Positions 1-7,728 of a DNA stretch of 64,000 nucleotides are shown piece after piece. The stretch spans positions 2,080-66,079 of the forward strand of contig JACQCD010000002.1 in assembly GCA_016201825.1 (NCBI GenBank). The letters are read 5' to 3'. Position 1 is the first letter of the stretch; every line of letters starts with the position of its first letter. The notes under the pieces were generated by a model, which ran no database searches, was not told where the DNA came from, and was given only the letters and a program-made list of their open reading frames with translations. This DNA comes from Nitrospirota bacterium. GTDB taxonomy: Bacteria > Nitrospirota > Nitrospiria > 2-01-FULL-66-17. Position numbers and translations under genes: made by a program.

Positions 1-550
1 TGGGGCGCGCCGCGGAGATCGCCGCCAGCAGCGTGGATTTGCCGGCGTTCGGCAACCCCACGAGCCCCACATCGGCCAAGAGCTTTAATTCCAAGATCAG
101 CGTGCGCTCGGCCCCGGGGGTGCCGGGCTCGGCAATGAGCGGCGCCTGGCGGGTCGGCGTCGCGAAGTGTTGGTTCCCCCGACCGCCGCGGCCGCCGCGC
201 GCGACCGTCACCGCCTGGCCATCGGCCGTCAAGTCCGCCAGCACGTCGCCCTGCGCTTCATCCCGAACGATGGTCCCCACCGGCACGGAGATGATGAGGT
301 CCTCCCCCGACTTCCCCGACTGATCCTTGCCACGCCCGGGCTCGCCGCGTTGCGCGAGATACTGCTTGCGATAGCGCAGGTCGTGCAGCGTCCGGAGGCG
401 GGAATCGGCTTGCACGATCACATCTCCGCCGTGTCCCCCGTCGCCGCCGTTGGGCCCGCCGCGCGGCACAAAGGCCTCGCGACGAAAGCTGATGCAGCCG
501 TCCCCGCCGTCGCCGGCCTTGGCGTGGATCGTGATGTAATCGATGAACAT
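1..550 (-). CDS. obg: GTPase Obg/CgtA (3' end runs off window start)
   Basis: Minus-strand translation from ATG at 550 gives [44 protein letters not shown] (Gly-rich Obg fold) and the P-loop [18 protein letters not shown] near the window edge. It lies downstream of rplU-rpmA, as in the conserved rplU-rpmA-obg operon. Confidence 0.85.
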   Translation of the reverse strand, partial: MFIDYITIHAKAGDGGDGCISFRREAFVPRGGPNGGDGGHGGDVIVQADSRLRTLHDLRYRKQYLAQRGEPGRGKDQSGKSGEDLIISVPVGTIVRDEAQGDVLADLTADGQAVTVARGGRGGRGNQHFATPTRQAPLIAEPGTPGAERTLILELKLLADVGLVGLPNAGKSTLLAAISAARP

Positions 551-611
551 AGAATGAGGGGCCGACTGAAACGGGACCCCGTGGCGGGGTCCGCCGACCC
601 CGATGAGGAAA

Positions 612-872
612 CTAGGCGGAGGCGGGATAGACGCTGATGCGCTTGCGGTCGGCCCCTTGCCCTTCAAATTTCACCACGCCGGCGATCTTGGCGAACAGCG
701 TGTCGTCGCTGCCACGGCCGACGTTGAGCCCCGGGTGGAATTTAGTCCCGCGCTGACGCACCAAGATGGAACCGGCCGTCACTACCTGACCGCCGAACCG
801 CTTCACGCCCAACCGCTGCGCGTTGCTGTCCCGCCCATTCGACGTCGAACCCTGTCCTTTTTTATGCGCCAT
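612..872 (-). CDS. rpmA: 50S ribosomal protein L27
   Basis: 86 aa [29 protein letters not shown]..., a canonical L27 N-terminus. Confidence 0.9.
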   Translation of the reverse strand: MAHKKGQGSTSNGRDSNAQRLGVKRFGGQVVTAGSILVRQRGTKFHPGLNVGRGSDDTLFAKIAGVVKFEGQGADRKRISVYPASA

Positions 873-898
873 GGTTGATCCTTAACCGTCGACCGCCG

Positions 899-1222
899 TC
901 AGGCAGCGGCGATGTTGGTGATTTTGATCGTGGTCAGATACTGCCGGTGTCCGTTCGTCCGCCGGTAGTTCTTCCGCCGTTTCTTCTTGAACACAATGAT
1001 CTTCTTGGCCCGAGTCTGCGCGACCACTTCCGCCGCGACTTTCGCGCGCTCCACGAACGGCGTGCCGACCACCAGCCCGCCGTCACCCTGAACCGCGAGC
1101 ACGCGGTCGAACTCGATCGTCGCGCCCACCGGCCCAACCAGCCGCTCGACCTGCACCACTTCCCCCGGGACCACCCGGTACTGCTTCCCACCCGTTTCGA
1201 TCACCGCGTACATATTGGACAC
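899..1222 (-). CDS. rplU: 50S ribosomal protein L21
   Basis: 107 aa [25 protein letters not shown]..., a typical L21. It is immediately upstream of rpmA. Confidence 0.9.
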   Translation of the reverse strand: MSNMYAVIETGGKQYRVVPGEVVQVERLVGPVGATIEFDRVLAVQGDGGLVVGTPFVERAKVAAEVVAQTRAKKIIVFKKKRRKNYRRTNGHRQYLTTIKITNIAAA

Positions 1223-1299
1223 TCCGTTTCGTAAAAGACCGGGTTTTGTATCATGTTGGGCTCTGACTTGTCAAGCAGCCGACGAACCGAATGCGGTGC

Positions 1300-2058
1300 T
1301 TAGGCCGACCCGCGTGCGCTGGTGACCGGCCACGGCCCACCGCAGCACTTCTTGAACTTCTTCCCGCTCCCGCACGGACACAGGTCATTTCGGCCGACCC
1401 TGGGACGTACCGCCGACTCGGGCTCCGGAGTATCCTGTTCGAGAAGCACCTGAAAGATGGCGCGTCCCAAGTGGGCATATCTGTCCATCGAGTCGGGGAA
1501 GAGCATCACGACCGTTTCGGCGAGACGCTCCAGGCTCGTCTCCTTCTTGGCCTCCTTAAGATAGGCCTGGGCGAGCTTGGGGGACGCAAAAAAGGTGAGG
1601 ACCATCAGGATCGCGCCCAGCTCCTGGTCGAGCTCGGCGGGCGTGCATTCGTCCCAGAGTTCTTCGACATAACCGTGCCCAGCGGCGAACCCTCGCGCCC
1701 ACTGGCTGAGGGGCGCATCGGCATCGAGGTTATCCAGCGGAGTCGTTCGGATCTCGCACTCCGGCGGCAAAGCCGCACTTCCCTCCACCCCTAGGCGGTT
1801 GCACACGTTGAAGAGTGCCATCATCGCCTCAAGGACCTCCATCGCTTCGTCCCGCGTCCCGTAGTTGGCGTCCTGGTCGTCGAACACCATCGGCAACCAC
1901 TCCGAGGGCGGCACCAACTCCGGCGCGCACGCGATGCTGAAGAGAAATCCCGCGAGGTGCGGGTAGGTCATCGTGCCCTTCGGGCGCTGGGTCGCCGCCA
2001 GGAAGCGGCGCAGGAGGGCCGCATGGGCTTTCGTGAATTCGGGGATCGCGTTCATCAT
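1300..2058 (-). CDS. YecA/UPF0149-family protein with C-terminal SEC-C zinc motif
   Basis: The central region has the UPF0149-like [22 protein letters not shown]. The C-terminus [19 protein letters not shown] is a SEC-C metal-binding motif. The start is placed at the internal ATG-ATG (residue 107 of the track ORF, 2058), because the upstream 106 codons encode an asnB-like fragment. Confidence 0.5.
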   Translation of the reverse strand: MMNAIPEFTKAHAALLRRFLAATQRPKGTMTYPHLAGFLFSIACAPELVPPSEWLPMVFDDQDANYGTRDEAMEVLEAMMALFNVCNRLGVEGSAALPPECEIRTTPLDNLDADAPLSQWARGFAAGHGYVEELWDECTPAELDQELGAILMVLTFFASPKLAQAYLKEAKKETSLERLAETVVMLFPDSMDRYAHLGRAIFQVLLEQDTPEPESAVRPRVGRNDLCPCGSGKKFKKCCGGPWPVTSARGSA

Positions 2059-2515
2059 CGCTCGGCCGTCGTCTTGGGGGTTGAGACACGCATCAGGATT
2101 TATTATGAAGCAGCCGCCCGGAATCTCCCGCCAATGGCATCGAGTAAAATCGCACCTGAGCCATGGTGAAAACCAGCCTGGCCCCTTTTCTTTCCCAAAC
2201 AGATGGACGATGACCTCCGTGTCCGTCTGAGTCTTGAGGCGGTGCCCGCGCTCAACAACACGGTCGCCCAATGTTCGATAGTTATATGCTTCCCCGTTAT
2301 AGACGATTCCAACCCGTCCATCTTCGTTATAGATCGGCTGGGCGCCGTCGGTTCGGTCCACGATCGCGAGACGCACGTTCAGGAATCCTCGGTGGCCATC
2401 GAGATGGATCCCCGTCCGGTTCGCGATGCCGGATCGCCTTGGCCATAACGTCGAGGTCGCAACGCTCGACGACCCGGTTCTCGCCTTTATAGATGATTCC
2501 TGCTATTCCACACAT
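2059..2515 (-). pseudogene. Asparagine synthetase (glutamine-hydrolysing) N-terminal GATase fragment, frameshifted and truncated
   Basis: [36 protein letters not shown] (class II glutamine amidotransferase N-terminus) occurs in ORF 2327..2644. After a frame change it continues as [46 protein letters not shown] in the frame of ORF 1300..2376. No synthetase domain follows. Confidence 0.45.
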
Positions 2516-2537
2516 GCCCGGGCTTACCTTTGGGGAC

Positions 2538-3362
2538 TTATCGCGACCGCGACGAGAACATTCTCTGGAAGAAACCGGGTCTCGACGCCCCAACAGTCGG
2601 CCCTTCCGTAACGCGCTTTCGCGCCCACACCTGAAGATTCTCACTCGCCTCTGACCTGAGGATCTCGATCCCCAGCCCGGTCAAAACCATCGTGAGGCTA
2701 GCGGCCGTGAAGTGTGTGAGATGATTCGGAAGCTCGAGGCCGTCTCGAGACGCCAACCCATTCAGAACGTCGTCTTCCCTTAGATACGGAATCTCTATAA
2801 ACATCAATCCGCCCGGCCGGAGCACCTGGATCGCCCGCTTCAAAAACACGACCGGCTCATCAATGTGTTCGAGGGTATGGATCGCCACAACACAGTCGAA
2901 GCTATTCGCCTCGAACGGGGCGTCAACGAGCTTGCCGCAGAACACGTCAATTCCGAAGTGCTCGCGGCAGTAGTCCGCGCCCCCGCGACTGAGCTCGACC
3001 CCTTGCGGCTGCCATCCACGTCGCCTCGCCGCCTCAAGGAAGAACCCTACCGCCGATCCGATCTCCAGGAGTTTCCCCGGTGAGACATACCGTTCGAATC
3101 CCTTAATCAACGAGAGGTACGCTCCGATGAACTGGTCGGCAAGCGTGATATACCTTTCGCCGTTCACCTGGTAGTCATACTGTTGAACGGGGTCGTATAG
3201 TCGCTGGAAGTACTCCGGCGTCGGCCTGGGGTTCAGGACGATCAACTGACAATTCTTACAGGCCTCCAGCCGCCATTGCTCCTTCTCGACCACGAATGAG
3301 AAGCTTTCCGATCCGCACCATTGGCATCTTGAGAGACGCAAAAGGTCATCCAGGGACACCAC
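2538..3362 (-). CDS. Class I SAM-dependent methyltransferase with N-terminal Cys-rich zinc-ribbon
   Basis: CQWCGS...CKNCQ at the N-terminus; LEIGSAVGFF (motif I), a DCVVAIHTLEHI motif and RPGGLMFIE, as in the Methyltransf_11/23 fold. Confidence 0.65.
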   Translation of the reverse strand: MVSLDDLLRLSRCQWCGSESFSFVVEKEQWRLEACKNCQLIVLNPRPTPEYFQRLYDPVQQYDYQVNGERYITLADQFIGAYLSLIKGFERYVSPGKLLEIGSAVGFFLEAARRRGWQPQGVELSRGGADYCREHFGIDVFCGKLVDAPFEANSFDCVVAIHTLEHIDEPVVFLKRAIQVLRPGGLMFIEIPYLREDDVLNGLASRDGLELPNHLTHFTAASLTMVLTGLGIEILRSEASENLQVWARKRVTEGPTVGASRPGFFQRMFSSRSR

Positions 3363-3582
3363 GGTCCTCCCCTTCTTAAGACTCAGTCGCCCGTGACTTC
3401 ATCAATTAATCGCTGCCATTGACAGAGATACCGATTGATGCTGAACTCCCGCATTGCCGTCCGGCGTCCTTCGAGGCCAATCTTCTTCACCACCTCGGGA
3501 TGCTTAATCAAAAACGTCAGGGACCGCTGCGGGGTCTGGCTTGACTTCTTGACTTTGATTTCTTGAGAGAAGAATGACCAAT

Positions 3583-3795
3583 TTACAAATCCTCGGGCGT
3601 TAGCCCGGTCCGCTTGGCGATACGCGCGAGCATCCGTGGGCCGATCTCTTCATTGTCGTGAAACGCGAACACGACATCCGGCCAGTCGGGTCGCGACAAG
3701 GTGCGGTGAGATCCCGACTCCCGCTTGATGCTCCAGCCGATCCGCACAAGCGCCGCCAACAGACGTCGCGCCTTGACGGCAGCCCATTGGCTCAC
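3583..3795 (-). CDS. hicA: HicA-family toxin (type II TA, mRNA interferase)
   Basis: 70 aa with a GTG start; RLLAALVRIGWSIKRESGSHRTLSRPDWPDVVFAFHDNEEIGPRMLARIAKRTGLTPEDL is a YcfA/HicA-like fold. It overlaps hicB by 4 nt. Confidence 0.7.
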   Translation of the reverse strand: MSQWAAVKARRLLAALVRIGWSIKRESGSHRTLSRPDWPDVVFAFHDNEEIGPRMLARIAKRTGLTPEDL

Positions 3796-3998
3796 GCCGC
3801 GCGGAAGGAGACACTCAGCAGTTCGGGAGCGGCTTCGCCGTGCTCCAATCGCTCGGCGAGTACGCGCAGGGCCAGGGCCTGCACCCGAGCCAGTGCGTCT
3901 TCCCGCGTTCGACCGTAGGCCATGACGCCGGCGAGATCAGGCACCTCGGCAATCCAGCGCCCGTCTTCTTCTTTCTCAAGTTCGATCATCAGCTTCAT
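3792..3998 (-). CDS. hicB: HicB-family antitoxin
   Basis: 68 aa MKLMIELEKEEDGRWIAEVPDLAGVMAYGRTREDALARVQALALRVLAERLEHGE, a UPF0150/HicB-like sequence, directly upstream of hicA. Confidence 0.65.
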   Translation of the reverse strand: MKLMIELEKEEDGRWIAEVPDLAGVMAYGRTREDALARVQALALRVLAERLEHGEAAPELLSVSFRAA

Positions 3999-4126
3999 CG
4001 GCGAGCCCTCGGGGGAAATGGTAGCGCCAGCATAGACCTTTCAGGGGTGGGAGGTCAAGAAAGAGGGCTACATCAGACTCACCTTCCCCAACCGGCCTCT
4101 TCGTATTACAATGGCCCTGGACGCCT

Positions 4127-4612
4127 ATGAATCGCCGTCAATTCCTCACATACCTCACCGGCCTCTCGGCCCTGCTCATCGGCCGAATCGCATTCGGGCA
4201 GCAGGAGCCGGCGCCGGCCATCGAGAAGATCCACCGCTCCGAGGCCGAGTGGCGGGCCTTGCTCACGCCCGAGCAGTTCCGGGTGATGCGACACGAAGGG
4301 ACCGAGGCTCGCTTTTCCAGCCCGTTGACCCAGAAGACCGAAGCGGGCGAGTATCGCTGCGCGGGGTGTGATTTGACGTTGTTTACGTCGGAGATGAAGT
4401 ACGACAGCAAGACCGGCTGGCCGAGCTTCTTCACCGTCATCCCCGGGCGGGTGGAGACCAGACGAGACTTTGCGCTGCTCTTCCCCCGCACCGAATACCA
4501 CTGCGCGCGCTGCGGGGGGCACCACGGTCATCTCTTTCACGACGGCCCCCGGCCGACCAAGCTGCGCTACTGCAACAACGGCATCGCCCTGCGGTTCGTG
4601 GCCGCGGGCTGA
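4127..4612 (+). CDS. msrB: Peptide-methionine (R)-S-oxide reductase MsrB with twin-arginine signal peptide
   Basis: The N-terminus MNRRQFLTYLTGLSALLIG is a Tat signal. The SelR domain has CAGC...CARCGGHHGHLFHDGP (two CxxC zinc/catalytic motifs). Confidence 0.85.
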   Translation: MNRRQFLTYLTGLSALLIGRIAFGQQEPAPAIEKIHRSEAEWRALLTPEQFRVMRHEGTEARFSSPLTQKTEAGEYRCAGCDLTLFTSEMKYDSKTGWPSFFTVIPGRVETRRDFALLFPRTEYHCARCGGHHGHLFHDGPRPTKLRYCNNGIALRFVAAG

Positions 4613-4740
4613 TCGCAGGCCAACGGACGATTTCCTCGGGCTGGGCTAATCGGGGCGAGGGCGTCGCTGCGCCGTGTCAAGAGCGCAGGTCCGGTGGGGG
4701 CCTTGCCTTCGGGGACCGACCGCTGTCGGAGGGACGATGG

Positions 4741-4815
4741 TGGTGGCGGCGGAGGGATTCGAACCCCCGGCCGAGTGATTATGATTCACCTGCTCTACCT
4801 CTGAGCTACGCCGCC
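4741..4815 (-). tRNA. tRNA with anticodon CAT (tRNA-Met elongator type, or tRNA-Ile lysidine type)
   Basis: The reverse complement GGCGGCGTAGCTCAGAGGTAGAGCAGGTGAATCATAATCACTCGGCCGGGGGTTCGAATCCCTCCGCCGCCACCA folds into a cloverleaf. It has a 7-bp acceptor stem (G1-C pair), D-stem GCTC/GAGC, anticodon loop AUCAUAA (CAT), a TTCGAAT T-loop and an encoded CCA. Confidence 0.85.
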
Positions 4816-4895
4816 AACGGAACAACCGGAAGGATCGACTCGGAAGGCCGGCACCTTCTATCACGTTTTGAACCCGCGAATCAAGCGAACCGCCC

Positions 4896-5699
4896 CTACG
4901 ACTTGGCGCAGCGCATACCGGTATCCGCAAAGCCGAACTCCGGCCCGATGTAGAAACGGTGGGCGCTGCGGTAAAAATACGGAAGCGCGTAATGGCCGGT
5001 CCCGCCCCAGCTCGAACCGCGGAGCACCTTGAACTTCCGGCCGAAATCCTTGCTCTCGTACGTGCTGCCGGGGTAGGGTTGGTACCAATCGGCGGTCCAT
5101 TCCCAGACGTTGCCCGCCATGTCGTCGACGCCGTAGGGGCTCTTGCCCTGGGGAAAGCTGCCCACCGCCGCAAGATCGTTCACCCCCGAGCCGCCCGTGT
5201 TCGCTTTCTTTTCGTCGAACTCGTTGCCCCACGGGTACTCGCGGCCGTCGGTCCCCCGGGCGGCCTTCTCCCATTCCGCCTCGGTCGGCAACCGCTTGCC
5301 GGCCCACCGGCAATACAGATCCGCATCGTACCAGTTCACGTTCGTGACCGGATACCGCTCGCGGCCGTTCGGCACGTTGCCGTCGGGCCAGCTCTTGGGC
5401 GGACGCGCCTTGGTCGCCACGACGTACTGGCGGTACTCCGCGTTGGTCACCTCGTAGAGGTCGATCTCATACGCCGGCAGTTCGACCGTCCGCTGCGGGT
5501 GCTCGTCCATGTATAGCGGCTTGGCCATCCCGAACTCGTTGCCCTTACCCTCGGTGTCGACCTTGTCGCTGCCCATCGTGAACGGTCCGGCCGGGATCTT
5601 GACCATGCCGAGGGAAACGGCCCCTTTGTCGCATCCCGCCGCCGTCGCGATGAGGGCCGCCGCGATCACGGCGCCGAGGCATCGGATCCGGCGCCTCAC
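4896..5699 (-). CDS. FGE-sulfatase-family (SUMF1/EgtB/PvdO-type) lipoprotein lacking the FGE catalytic Cys pair
   Basis: The start is reassigned to the GTG at residue 136 of the track ORF. That start overlaps the upstream gene's TGA (GTGA) and is followed by the lipoprotein signal (M)[22 protein letters not shown]. The FGE domain shows [41 protein letters not shown] and GMRCAKS. The N-terminal 135 codons of the track ORF are out-of-frame overlap with the upstream gene. Confidence 0.7.
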   Translation of the reverse strand: MRRRIRCLGAVIAAALIATAAGCDKGAVSLGMVKIPAGPFTMGSDKVDTEGKGNEFGMAKPLYMDEHPQRTVELPAYEIDLYEVTNAEYRQYVVATKARPPKSWPDGNVPNGRERYPVTNVNWYDADLYCRWAGKRLPTEAEWEKAARGTDGREYPWGNEFDEKKANTGGSGVNDLAAVGSFPQGKSPYGVDDMAGNVWEWTADWYQPYPGSTYESKDFGRKFKVLRGSSWGGTGHYALPYFYRSAHRFYIGPEFGFADTGMRCAKS

Positions 5700-6667
5700 T
5701 TGGCGCACCGGAAGCCGAATCCGCTGTTCTTGGTCTCGCGCTTGAAGAAGCCGCGATTGAAGACCGGCGCCGAGAGACCGCAGCGGTAGAACGAGCAGTC
5801 GACGTACGAACCGCCGCGGACGACTTTGTACTGCTCGCCGTAATTGACCGTCGGATGGGTGTTCCCGGGGTACGGCAGGTACCAGCTCTCGGTCCACTCC
5901 CAGACGTTGCCCGAGGCGTCGAACAGACCGTAGGGGCTCTTCCCTTGCGGGAAACTCCCCACCGGCGTCAGGTGCCCGATCCCGCTCTGGGGCGAATTGG
6001 ATTTTTTCGCGTCGAACGTGTCGCCCCACGGGAAGAGCCGGCCATCGGTGCCGCGCGCGGCCTTCTCCCATTCGGCCTCGGTGGGCAGGCGCTTGCCCGC
6101 CCACGCGCAGTACTCGTGCGCGTCGTGCCAGGTGACGTAGACCACCGGGAGCTTCTCGTCGCCCGGGGCGAACGATCCGCCGCGCCAGTGATCCGGCGGG
6201 GGATGCCCGGTCGCTTCGACGAACTTGCGATACGCCTCGTTCGTCACCTCATACTTATCCATCCAGTAAGGATGGTCGATCGTTTCAGTGTGCATCGGCC
6301 CCTCGTCCGGGTGGCGTTTGTCGTAGCCCATGAGGAACGGCCCCGCCGGGATCTGAACCATGTCGACGGTGACGGCCAAGGGCTTGTCGGCCGCCTTGGG
6401 CTTGCGGGGATGCTCGTCGATCGGGGGCAACACGCGCGTGTCCTCGCTCGTCCGCCGCAACTCGTGGCAACTGCCGCAGGTCGCGGCATCGAACGACGCC
6501 TGGTCGGCGGGATGAGTCGGAAGATGGCAGGCGCGACAGGCCTCCTGATCCCACAGGTCGCTCATGCCCGCGTGCGGATCTCCCGCCGCAGACACCCAGC
6601 CGCCACTCCCCATCGCCGCGCAGAACACGACGATCGCCGACACGCGTCGAATCACGTCGGCGAGCAT
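5696..6667 (-). CDS. Diheme c-type cytochrome domain fused to FGE-sulfatase domain (retains FGE-like Cys-x4-Cys pair)
   Basis: A signal peptide [29 protein letters not shown] is followed by CRACH and CGSCH (two CxxCH heme-c motifs). The FGE domain then shows [42 protein letters not shown] (aligning with the FGE GGSxxCHxSYC active-site cysteines) and GFGFRCAK. Confidence 0.7.
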   Translation of the reverse strand: MLADVIRRVSAIVVFCAAMGSGGWVSAAGDPHAGMSDLWDQEACRACHLPTHPADQASFDAATCGSCHELRRTSEDTRVLPPIDEHPRKPKAADKPLAVTVDMVQIPAGPFLMGYDKRHPDEGPMHTETIDHPYWMDKYEVTNEAYRKFVEATGHPPPDHWRGGSFAPGDEKLPVVYVTWHDAHEYCAWAGKRLPTEAEWEKAARGTDGRLFPWGDTFDAKKSNSPQSGIGHLTPVGSFPQGKSPYGLFDASGNVWEWTESWYLPYPGNTHPTVNYGEQYKVVRGGSYVDCSFYRCGLSAPVFNRGFFKRETKNSGFGFRCAK

Positions 6668-6739
6668 AGCGGGAGGGATGAGGCGGAGTCAAGGCGAACG
6701 CCCATTGCAGCGGACCGCAAACCCCGCTAGAATGCCGCC

Positions 6740-7573
6740 ATGACTGCACCCTCTCCACCGCAAGCGCCGGCGCCTGACTGGAACGCCGCCGCCGAGACGT
6801 TCGACCGCTGGCTGCCTTACATCCAGCCGGTGGGCGATCGCCTGATCGATCTGATCGACGTGCGTCCGGGCCATGTCATGTTGGACGTCGCCTCGGGAAC
6901 CGGCGAGCCCTCGCTCTCGATCGCCCGCCGCTTCGGCGGCGTGACCGTCCTGGGCGTCGACGCCGCCCCCGCGATGGTGGAGAAGGCCGCGCAGAAGGCG
7001 GCGGCGGAAGGCCTCCGCCACGTGTCGTATCGCGTCATGCCCGGGGAGCGGCTCGAGTTCCCCGCGGATCGCTTCGACCGGATCGTGTGCCGATTCGGCG
7101 TCATGCTCTTCGACGATCCGGTCGCGGGCGCGCGCGAGATCTGGCGGGTGCTCAAGCCGGGTGGCCGGGTCGCAATCGCGGTCTGGGGCCCCATCGATCA
7201 ACTCGCCTCGGTCTACCCCCTCTGGAAGCTGCTCCCTGACTTCCTCCCGCCCGCCGATCGCCCGCCCGAACCCAGGATGACGATGCTGGGCGCGCCGGGC
7301 GCGCTCGACCGCGTGCTGACCGACGCGGGGTGGACCGGGGTCACGCTTGAACCGATGACGGTCACGTACCGCTTCGAAAGTCCCACCACGTTCTGGACTC
7401 TAGCCACCGAATCGGGGCTGTTCAAGGACCTCTTACCCAAGTTCTCATGCCACGCGCTAGTCGCCTTCAAAGCCCGCGCCCTCGCCGACATCGCCACCTA
7501 TCGCCACGGCGACGCGATCAATCTCCCCAATCTCGCGATTCTGGCAACAGCCGATAAACCCGCTGAGCCCTGA
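6740..7573 (+). CDS. Class I SAM-dependent methyltransferase
   Basis: LDVASGTGEPSLSIARRF (motif I), DRIVCRFGVMLFDDP and LKPGGRVAIAVWGP, as in the Methyltransf_11 family. Confidence 0.65.
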   Translation: MTAPSPPQAPAPDWNAAAETFDRWLPYIQPVGDRLIDLIDVRPGHVMLDVASGTGEPSLSIARRFGGVTVLGVDAAPAMVEKAAQKAAAEGLRHVSYRVMPGERLEFPADRFDRIVCRFGVMLFDDPVAGAREIWRVLKPGGRVAIAVWGPIDQLASVYPLWKLLPDFLPPADRPPEPRMTMLGAPGALDRVLTDAGWTGVTLEPMTVTYRFESPTTFWTLATESGLFKDLLPKFSCHALVAFKARALADIATYRHGDAINLPNLAILATADKPAEP

Positions 7574-7728
7574 CCCGGCCGGCCTGGCTGGCGAGAAAGT
7601 GCCGAATGCAAGGCGGAGAGAGGCTTCGCACCGGAGCGTACTGGGGCGTACGTGAGGACGCGAAGCCGAAGCGACAACGCAGCAGGCGCCGCTTTATCGG
7701 CGGCCAGGAAATATGGTAGCATCCCGCC

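Noticed and set aside
1300-2376. Reading 1300..2376 as a single 358-aa protein.
   Set aside because: Its first 65 residues are an asnB GATase fragment in-frame with, but unrelated to, the YecA/SEC-C protein. It is better explained as pseudogene scar plus downstream gene.
5700-6104. N-terminal 135 codons of track ORF 4896..6104.
   Set aside because: Out-of-frame overlap with the upstream FGE-cytochrome gene. The real start is the GTG at 5699, which yields a lipoprotein signal.
7574-7728. Possible T-box or other riboswitch leader upstream of serS. An 8-bp stem GGCTTCGC...GCGAAGCC with a 20-nt loop is present.
   Set aside because: No T-box consensus (AATTAGGGTGGNACCGCG-like) or specifier/antiterminator arrangement is visible. 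A single stem-loop is insufficient.
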